From Azolla caroliniana (taxonomy: Eukaryota; Plantae; Polypodiophyta), in contig JBHGNT010000004.1 of NCBI GenBank assembly GCA_043228905.1, positions 15,996,001 through 16,060,000 on the forward strand: 64,000 nt of DNA, in the 5' to 3' direction. Every line of letters starts with the position of its first letter. Within the stretch, counting starts at the first letter, position 1. The translations under genes were made by a program, and so were the position numbers. This document shows, piece by piece, positions 55,380-64,000 of this stretch. The notes under the pieces were generated by a model, which was given only the letters and a program-made list of their open reading frames with translations, was not told the origin of the DNA and ran no database searches.

Positions 55380-58013
55380 TCATGGGTGTTCCTCGAGGTA
55401 CCGATCAACTTCCTCGTCCGGTAATCCCTCCAACATGTTAATGCTTTCCGCATACAATGGAGTTGCTTCCTTACTGGCGATCACCCGTGGTTGCATTGCT
55501 ACTCGTACCTTTGCTTTCCCTCGCCGGAATGTGATCATGTTCTTTTGCCAATTCTGCTTGATATGCGCCGTTCGCAGCCATGGTCGTCCTAGCAGTAGGG
55601 GGTACGCACCTTGTACATTCAGCTGCAGCACCACGGCCGATATCCGAAATACGTGGCCTCCGATCGTTACTTCCAAATCCCGGATAAGCCCAGTCGGTCG
55701 GACTAAGCTGGTATCAACCATGCGTAACCAGAAGGGGCATGGTTCCCATTCCCGGATGCCCAGGTTGTCGCATGTCTGTCGGCTGATGACATTTACCCCG
55801 GAGCCTCCGTCAATAATTGTTCCGGCAATTTCCTTTCCTTTCACGATTGCCGTGATCGCCGGGCTACTTGTATAGACCACAGCTGGTCCTTCCTCCGGGT
55901 TGGAGAAGAATGCCGGTGCTGGCGTCGGCTTCGGTTTGCTCACAGATGCTTGTAAGTCTGCCGTAAACCGTGGCACCAACTGTAGTAGCCGTGCTAACGG
56001 CAACACGATTTGACAGTCCTGTAGCGCTTGGCACGTCGGGTTTTCTCCTGGCTGTATGATTTCTTCGTCTTTTGGCATATTTTGGTCTCTTACTTCTGCC
56101 GCATTTTGTTCATTGGCCTCCTTGATCCATTGCGCCGCTTGTTTTCTGATTGCCTCCTGGGCTTCCCACTCGGCGGCCTTTCCCTTTGACCGGGTTGTGA
56201 CTTGCTGCACTTCCGTTATTTCGGTTGTAACCATGTTGACTGCCGGCTGCTTGTCATTGGTTTTGCTCGGGCATTGGTTACTATAATGGCCCTCCTTACG
56301 GCAGTAATAACAGTACACCTTGTGACTGTTGCTTGTTTCTCCTTTGTCCCCGGTTTGGGGGGTGGGTATACTTCGGCGGTCGTCTTCGGTTTTTCGGTTA
56401 TCCGGTACCGATACCGGGTTCTCATTCCTTGCTGCCTCCCGACGTTCCTCTCTTCGGAAAAATCCACGCTTCTGATTCCGTTGGAAATTCTGGTTCCCTT
56501 GTCGCCTCTCTTCTCTGCGTCGTTCGTATTCCGGGGATTCGTCTCGGTCGTACCGGTTCCGGGGGTAGCTATCTCTGCGTTTCTCCTCTCGGTCATAGTT
56601 ATCGCGTCTTCTATCAGCATATCTGTTACCGCGTTCGCGTTGGTAGCGGTCGTCTCTCCGGAATCGATCCTCATCCGGGTCCTGATTGCGCGGTTCTATG
56701 TGTCGAACCGGTGCCGCCAGCCGATTTAACAGGTTATATTCGCATCGGTCCGTTGTATGGGCTCGAGAGTTGCAGATCATACATTGTGTCCGCAGGTTGC
56801 AGTCTACCGTTGAGTGGCCCGAATTTAGGCATGTTGTGCATTGTAAGGCCTGTCGGAACCTCAGGTCTTCCTCCTTCGGGAGTGCCCGGTGTAACATCCC
56901 CATCGACAAGAAGGAGCTAGTCTTGTCCATTTCTAGGACCCGATCAATAACTTGGTCCATTGTGCTGGTGCGGAAATCAAGGACTCCGCACATCGTTCGA
57001 AGTGGCTCTTTTAGCGCGGCCAAAAAGACTGCTTTGGCTTCGTCTTCGGGTGGTGCCCTCGTCAGTTGGCTGTGCAGGGTCTGAAACCGAATGATGAATT
57101 GTGGCACGGTCTCGTTCTCTTCCTGCCGGGTGGTGTAGAACTGCCCGACCAATTCCCTTTGCTCAACTTGTCTGTGAAAAAGCTTGAGGAATTTGGCCTT
57201 CAAGGCATCGAATGTGGCAAAGTTGCCCGGTAAGTGTTTTGCGTGCCATCGGGCCGCCGGTCCTTCTAAGGTCATGCCGAATTCGGCGACTTTGGATCGT
57301 TCGGCTTCGGGCTCCGTCAGTCTTTGGGAAACATGGTTGGCTTCCCATGTTTGGAGGAATGCGTACACGTGTGCGTCCGCGTCGGGCTCATCCCGGTACT
57401 TTGGGTATGGGTACGGCATCGTGTCGTCCATCTGACTCTCCTGCTCTCTCCGCTCTCTGTCCGCTGTTGGCGTCAGTGTAAGAACCTTCGGTTCCTCCGC
57501 GGTTGGTGCCGTTATCCGCTCCTTCGGTTCCTTCGCGGCTGTTGTCGGTATCCGGTCCTTCGATTCCTTCGCGGCTGTTGTCGGTATCCGGTCAGCCTCC
57601 CTCGGCGATTCCCGGTCACCGAACTCCAAGGTTATTTCTTCCTCTGTGTCTTCCGACTCCTCTTCCCCCGGGTCGTTTGGTGTGTCGTGGCTGCTTTTAT
57701 ACCGGGACGCAACGCTTCCGTCGCTTTCCGACCCCGTCTCGAGTGTTGCGAATGCTTCTGAGTCCCCGTCACCACTGGCGAGCGTCTGTAGTATCGTTTC
57801 CGCCTCTTGCAGGCTTGTTATGCTACTGCCTTCGTCGGGGACTTGCAGAACCCGGAACTGCAGTGCTTCTTTTGCGACTCTCCGAAGAGTTCTGGAGAAT
57901 GACCGATTTCGCCGGATCTCGTCGACGGCTTGCTGCAGGGCTTCCCGTCGTTGCTCTCGTTCGGTGTATCCTCTCCGTCGTTCGGTGATGTGGTCGTCGT
58001 TTGGTCTAGACAT
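55380..58013 (-). CDS. Gypsy gag-protease
   Basis: Retrotransposon gag core (LEGPAARW...ETVPQFIIRF), three CX2CX4HX4C knuckles, protease IIDGGSGVN...LLGRPWL; 36-bp repeat x3 (RIPTTAAKE) ~57485-57592. Confidence 0.88.
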   Translation of the reverse strand: MSRPNDDHITERRRGYTEREQRREALQQAVDEIRRNRSFSRTLRRVAKEALQFRVLQVPDEGSSITSLQEAETILQTLASGDGDSEAFATLETGSESDGSVASRYKSSHDTPNDPGEEESEDTEEEITLEFGDRESPREADRIPTTAAKESKDRIPTTAAKEPKERITAPTAEEPKVLTLTPTADRERREQESQMDDTMPYPYPKYRDEPDADAHVYAFLQTWEANHVSQRLTEPEAERSKVAEFGMTLEGPAARWHAKHLPGNFATFDALKAKFLKLFHRQVEQRELVGQFYTTRQEENETVPQFIIRFQTLHSQLTRAPPEDEAKAVFLAALKEPLRTMCGVLDFRTSTMDQVIDRVLEMDKTSSFLSMGMLHRALPKEEDLRFRQALQCTTCLNSGHSTVDCNLRTQCMICNSRAHTTDRCEYNLLNRLAAPVRHIEPRNQDPDEDRFRRDDRYQRERGNRYADRRRDNYDREEKRRDSYPRNRYDRDESPEYERRREERRQGNQNFQRNQKRGFFRREERREAARNENPVSVPDNRKTEDDRRSIPTPQTGDKGETSNSHKVYCYYCRKEGHYSNQCPSKTNDKQPAVNMVTTEITEVQQVTTRSKGKAAEWEAQEAIRKQAAQWIKEANEQNAAEVRDQNMPKDEEIIQPGENPTCQALQDCQIVLPLARLLQLVPRFTADLQASVSKPKPTPAPAFFSNPEEGPAVVYTSSPAITAIVKGKEIAGTIIDGGSGVNVISRQTCDNLGIREWEPCPFWLRMVDTSLVRPTGLIRDLEVTIGGHVFRISAVVLQLNVQGAYPLLLGRPWLRTAHIKQNWQKNMITFRRGKAKVRVAMQPRVIASKEATPLYAESINMLEGLPDEEVDRYLEEHP

Positions 58014-58049
58014 CCATCCCCCGGTTGTCCTCTGCACTTTGCAGGAATC

Positions 58050-58059
58050 GTGGTCGCCA
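58050..58059 (-). promoter_or_regulatory. PBS TGGCGACCAC, tRNA-Arg type
   Basis: 6 nt inside the 5' LTR end; matches the complement of ...GTGGTCGCCA tRNA-Arg(UCG) end (from memory). Confidence 0.65.
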
Positions 58060-59658
58060 AAATAGTGTTGTATGCCTGGCCGGACTAGCGTCAACACAGG
58101 TGTCTATCCGACACTTCTCCGAAGGGGTGGTAAGGATTGGATGCTAGGTTACACGCGTAAGATGATTACACTAAGCACAGACGGTAAAATAATACAAAGA
58201 CAAAGATAAACACGCAATAAGTATAATTGTATTCCTTCCGTAAAGCATTTACAAATCATCGGATCCTTTTATAGGCATCCGGCAAGGTTACAATCGGTGC
58301 GCTTAAGCAACCGGCATTCGAATCGGTCCGGATCCGGATCGGTACAACTGTACCGGATCCGTCCCTCCGCATAATAAATATACTATTATTTACTTCCTAT
58401 TATCCGATCCGACTCCGCCTTCCCACTTGTCCTTGCTCTTCTGACCGGCCAACAGATAGCAGTAACGAACCCTCACGGTGGTATTGGGAGCCAACAAAGA
58501 AAGGTCGGGACAAACTTTTATTATTGTGGCCAGAAGGTCCATAGAGAAAGTGAGTGCTGGAAAAAAGGGCCAATTTGGACAAAGCCGGATCAAGCCGGAG
58601 GGATGTAGACAGGCATCACCGATTGCACTTCACCGGAGGCTCGGAGAGAGCGGAGTCAAGACCGGCCCTCGTAATGAAGCATGAACCCAACCACATGGGA
58701 GCTTCCGACTCAAAGTCGGAATAAGTTTGGTATGTGGAGTTCGGAGCTTCAAACCACATGACGAACAACAAAGAGTGGTTCTCCTTTCTCGAGAAATTGG
58801 AGAAGCCAGGGTGGGCGAAACCAGAGACGACATCCCACATCCCATTGAGAACATTGGAGATGTCCCTCTCAGTCATGTTGGCTAGAAGGGAATCATGAGA
58901 AACGTCCTGCATGTACCGACGATAATGAAGAGCTTAGTGTGAGTCGGGCAGATCATGGATCAAGGAATCCAGGTCCGATTTACTCACCACGGATGCTTCA
59001 TCGAGGACAAAGACTGGATCATTGTGCAAGGGCACTGGGATGGAAGAATGTTCATCCTGGAAACCGATAATGTAGGCATCGCTATGTTTGCAAAAGGACA
59101 GAAGGTCGAGTCGGACATCGACCTGTGGCATAAGCAGATTGGCCACATCAACTTCCGGAAGCTCCAGGAGATGAGGTCGAAACACGTGGTTTCTATATTG
59201 CCAAAATTTAGTGACTGGAAAGGCCAAATCTATAAAGCTTGTCAACTCGGGAAGCAACAAAGGCTCCCATTCCCCAATGAAAAGAATCGGAGCTGAAATC
59301 GGCTTGATCTCGATCATTTGTATGTGTGGAGACTGGCACAAAACGTGAGCATCGGTAGGAGTCAATATTTCATCTCCCTCATCGATGATTTCAGACGACA
59401 CACTTTGATCTATTTGATTGAGAAGAAGAGCGAAGTCTTCTCGTGCTTCTCGGGCTTAAAGAATCATGTAGAATGAGAAACTAGAATGAAGATTAAGTGA
59501 CCAAGATCGAATGGCGGAAAAGAGTCCTTTTCCGACTAGTTCACAAGTTATCTATAGACCAAGGGAATCTGATGTGAGTTCTCCTGTAGATACAATCTGG
59601 AGAAGAATGCCGACGGTGGCCGAACGCCAGAACCGGATGTTGGTAGAAGCGAGGTGCA

Positions 59659-62600
59659 TGTAAGTTTGAATCCCTTTGTGAAAGGAGAGGTGCATGGTCA
59701 AGCCCGAAACGCTCCCTTGTCACAAGACACACAAACAAATAAGCACAACTGACGATAATAAATAAGCACAATCAAGATTTACACATAAGACAAGTAGATG
59801 AAAGAAAACATTAGTTTATATCAATATAATAGATTCTTTTATAATATAAGAATAATGTTACAATGAGTTGGATGCGAAAATGAAGGATTGTTTATAAAGG
59901 AATAGGGGAAGAGAGGTGGAGTATAGAAGGAGTTTCTTTGTTGATGATGCCTCTCGATGTTGTTGATCCTTCTTCTTCCGCTTTCCAATTGAGTAGAGCT
60001 TCCGCATTCCTTCTCCCTCCCTCCCTTTTTCACTAGAATAGGCTCTTATTTATAGGTTTAGGATTGCTTGCCTTTTTCCCCTAAAAAAAAGCTTGTCTAT
60101 ATGAGTCGACTTTTCTTTTCCTCACTATTTTTGTTTTCTAGCCTCCAATTTGACATGCAAGATATTCTTAGAAAGCTCTTTAGTTTAGCTTTCTAATTTG
60201 GACATTTCACAAGGAAATTATGAGCTTTTTACTCAACCTTGCTCCTCATATCCACGGCTAGCTTTTCTTTTCCCATCTTTTTCTCTATTTTTGTCTACTT
60301 TTGAAAACCTCTTCTAACTTTTTATCCTTTCGTTTATTACTGTAGTTGAATTAAGAAAATTAGTTTATTTGGACCACTATTTTATTCTCTTTTGAGGGTG
60401 GTTTCACACTATGTGTCAAAAACATCACGACATCCACCCCCACCAAACCTGCACATCCTCCGGTATGTGCCAATGATTGTTAGCTACCATTATTTATTCT
60501 TTTTAAACCTCAAAGTCTAGAGGTTCGATGTCAGGATTTGTGGTCTCTCTTCTCTTAAAGATCTTGATTCTCTTCCCTGCAATCATCAAAGCAAGTTGAG
60601 TTCCATCTAACTCCGCTAGAAAATAGGTTGCATTGTTTTCTATTTCCTTAACCACGTATGGGCCAAACCATCGTTTCATGAACTTTCGAGTAGTGCTATG
60701 ATGATTATCAAGGCTGCTATCATAGACAAGTACCCAATCTCCTTCTTCAATTTTTCTTAGATGAAGACAATGCTTTTTATCAAAATTCTCCTTGTTCCTC
60801 AATCGAGCCTCACGTAACTGTTCTATTGCTAACTCGACATCTTTGGGTCTCCGTTCTAATTGTTGGATCCTTGTAGCTAGCAAGTTTTCTCGACTCATCT
60901 CCTCTTGCCATGGCAAAGCCATCCATTAGGTAACAATTTGCTCTATAGGCATTATTGGTTTTTGCCCTAATATGAGCTCGGCTGGCATATATCCTGTAGT
61001 CATGTTATGTTTAGTTCTATCAGCACACAATGCATATGGTAATAATCATGGCCAGTCCCCCATCTTCCCATCACAAGCCTTTGCTAGAGCTTTTACAATT
61101 AGGTTATGTCCCCACTCCACCTTTCCATTTGCCTCCGGGTTGTATTCCATGGTAAGTGATAATTTGATGCCTATCCTTGAGAAAAACTCTTTAGCTTCAT
61201 TTGCATCTAATTCTCCTCTATTGGCTACTATTTTGCCGACACATCCGTATCGACAAATAACATCTTCAAGGAGAAACTTGCAAACCGCCAAAGTTGTTTT
61301 ATTCCTTAGTGCCCGACCTTCTACTTGGTTGGTGAGATCCTCTCTTGCTAGCACGAGGTATCTCATTTGCTACAATCCCATTGGCATAACCACTATGTCT
61401 ACCAACGACTTATATTGCATTGATAATGGATATGTCGGATGAAGTTCATCCCTATGTTGAACATTCGAGTATAATTGGCATTGCGCACATGTTTCAACAT
61501 AGCTTGCTACATCTTTGTAAACACCCGGCCACCAATACTTCTCCTTGAGCTTCGCAAAAGTTGCCCATATACCTCGATGACCTACCCACACACTATCATG
61601 AAAATAAACAATTAGTGTTTGTTGATCTTGTTTCTTGCACACCACTCGAAGTGGAGTTCCATTCTTCCTCTTTCGAAACTTCCATAGATGTCTTTCTTTG
61701 AGGAAGAACTTGTAGGTCTTCTTCCTAATTCGGTAGAAGTCTTCCTTTGACCATGATTCATCCTTTGTCAGAGAGCTTAAGTACTTGCCAATTTCGATGA
61801 ATTCACCCTCATAATCTTCTACTTTAAACACCTCTAGCACCCGAGCACAAGAAACCGTAAAGAAGTTTAGGCCAACATCCTCTTCATCGGAGCGCAGACC
61901 TTCTTCACCCTCGTACCTTGCCCTTGACAACATATCGGCCACCACATTATGTTTCCCAGTTATATGTCGAATCTCGGGGTTGAGGGACTTGATATAGGAA
62001 ATCCATCGTAGCATAGCAATATCCAGTGTAGCACAACTGGATATCATCCCGAGAATAGGTAGACAATCGGTTTCGATTATGACTTCCATTCTGATAAGAT
62101 AGTTGCGATCGGTTTTAACCGTGGATACTATTCCCCATAGCTCTCTCTTTACTTGGTTGTACTTTCTTTGTCTTTCGGTCAACACCTTTGGACCGAATCA
62201 TATTGCATACTGATTTTGTCTTTGTCTTCTTGGTTAATCACCCATTCAATTCCGGTTGGGCTCGTATCCATTGTCACATATATCGGGGTACCTTCGGTGT
62301 AGTCGGCTTTGCGCAATGCTGGAGCTTCCAATAATAGTTTCTTCAACTTTTGAACCACGTAGGTATGCTCGTCTTCCCATTCAAACTTCTTCCTTTTCTT
62401 TAGTAGTCCATACAATGGTTCAGCGACATGGGCATAGTGTGGAATCCATATGTGGTAGAATGCACATGCTCCCAAGAATTTCTCACCTCTGTTTGGGACT
62501 CACACTCCTCTTTGATGTCTTGGATAGCATTCACCTCGGATGGAGATGGCTTTTGGCCATAAGATTCACATAAGTGTCCTACTACCAATATTTCTGGTTG

Positions 62601-63101
62601 ACCGAATGCGGACTTCTGTCTTGAAAACGGGAGATTTGCATCCTCAAGGTTTTGCAACACCTCCTCGCTATCCTTTATATGATCGATGACGAATCTTCGG
62701 AAACCATCTTCATCTTTTGATTCATCTTTTTCTTCCACCGAGCATCCTTTGATCGGAATGTCATCTAAGAAAGGCATTGTGATATCAGGAATACAAACCT
62801 TTAACACTTTGTTCATGGCATTCACCATGTGGGCTACGGAGTTTGTCGCACCTTGGGGTAAGGTGCACATCCTTACCAACCCAATCGGTGTCCTCATTGT
62901 TGTAATGTCTCTACTATCGACTGCCAATTGAAATTGATCATAGTCCGAGTAGAGATCACCAATAGAATAGATCGATCTTCCCGCGAAGGCTTCGGTAAAT
63001 TCATCCATGCTTGGACCAATTCTGGCATTTCGGATCGTCGCCTTGTTGATGGGTTGGAGATCTTGAATAAAGTGTAAGGACCCATTCTTCTTCGGCACTG
63101 T
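59659..63101 (-). mobile_element. Degenerate Gypsy of the same lineage as the array element (RT-RH-INT pseudogene 60503-63101, PPT, 3' LTR ~59659-60432)
   Basis: PFLDDIPIKG, DLYSDYDQ, ETDCLP, EANGKVE, WFGPY; GGTGGGGGTGGA then TGTCGT; left LTR edge less certain. Confidence 0.88.
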
Positions 63102-64000
63102 TGTCATGGAGAAAACCGTCCCTCGGAGAAATCGGTGGATGAGATGCGTGAACTGGCCCTTACACACGAGCACATGTTTTGATAGATTTATATACATAGT
63201 TATGTATAGGCCAAAGATGTAACTATCCTAGGTAGCGCTAGTTCATTAAGTAGGGAATCGGGGAGAATAACAGGAATTTAACGGTCTGTAAACGGCTCTC
63301 GCCTTGAGCTATAAAGGGAGAGGGAAGGGGCTTGAGGAGGGATCACATTCTGAAAGGACGAATTGTTGTCGGACTGGGAACCGAGCTCTCTCCTCCACCA
63401 TCACTCTCGCTTCTGTAGGGATCTGGGTTAGGTTGGCTGCTTTTGCTGCTTGAAAGCCTGCATGGTTCCGGTAGAGGCTCCACCGCATATTTTAGGGTGT
63501 GCGTTCGTCTGTGTCTAGTTTTTCACAGGCTTGCCGATTGTTGCATTGCAAGCTATAATCTATATTGTTATTGGATTCTATTCTTTCATTTTCCGTCTCT
63601 CTGTGTTTCTACGAGTCTCTCTCTTTCTCTCTCTCTCTCACGTTCCTCGGTTTAGGGTCCCCGCGGTCCAACCTTATTTCCTATGCGTGTGTGTAACAAC
63701 ACGACATTAATTTGGTGAACCCGACGTGAATTAAGGCGGTAGAGGAATAAAAAATGAGGGGATTAGAGCTCGCCGAAGCCATGGCGGAAACAGTGGATCG
63801 GATAGTAAGTGCGCGCGAGGGCACGGGCGCCCTCGATAGGGCCATCGAAGCAATTGTCGGCACAATAGGCCGGTTCAATGGGAAGGATGCCACAAGTTAT
63901 TTGGTGGCCTACCGGGCCAAGATGGTGATGAGGGACATCCCGGAAGAAAGGCGTCTGGTTGGGTTCCCTCGAGTAGCAACACCGAACATCCACGTAGAGG
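63102..64000 (+). mobile_element. 5' end of a Gypsy element: LTR 63102-63706, tRNA-Trp PBS 63713-63730, gag from 63754
   Basis: TGTCA...CGACA; TGGTGAACCCGACGTGAA; MRGLELAEAM...IGRFNGKDATSYL homologous to the 35310 gag; interrupts the RT of the minus-strand element. Confidence 0.85.

Larger units (their letters stand above)
46483..58454 (-). mobile_element. Pol-deleted Ty3/Gypsy element, 389-bp LTRs 58066-58454 (5') and 46483-46871 (3'), TSD GATAG
   Basis: TGTTG...CAACA LTR pair, GATAG on both flanks, PBS TGGCGACCAC, gag-PR ORF, RT stub, extra coiled-coil ORF. Confidence 0.93.
46188..59658 (+). pseudogene. Copia gag-PR-INT remnant (46188-46482 joined to 58460-59658), split by the Gypsy insertion
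   Basis: EDEMVQVCLGGL gag; YYCGQKVHRESECW; WYVEFGASNHMT; LWHKQIGHINF; VAERQNR. Confidence 0.8.

Overview
Eukaryotic genomic DNA, most likely a land plant; the element lineages suggest a seed-free plant such as a fern or bryophyte, which is inference. The window is almost entirely nested LTR retrotransposons around one host gene, an intronless 3-ketoacyl-CoA synthase (28035-29477, minus strand). Bases 1-14548 are a head-to-tail array of at least 9 near-identical 1586-bp units (one holds a 100-N gap). Each unit encodes exactly the RT+RNase H module of a Ty3/Gypsy element, and the array runs into that element's single integrase, PPT and 3' LTR. The rest holds several Ty1/Copia elements (two complete with TSDs), gag-only and pol-deleted Gypsy elements, a TRIM-like element, a TIR DNA element with a large internal foldback, and solo LTRs. 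The most unusual signal is in two elements with dissimilar LTRs (16828-18039 and 46483-58454): neither has a polypurine tract, and both carry the same 40-nt tRNA-3'-end-like motif (T-stem, inserted hairpin, acceptor strand, CCA) 2 nt before the 3' LTR. This suggests a non-canonical way of priming plus-strand synthesis. Other signals are near-total CAG/CTG avoidance in the amplified RT unit and a tRNA-Trp-primed Gypsy lineage with a 4-bp TSD. Coordinates and counts were read by eye, and tRNA assignments are from memory and need database confirmation.
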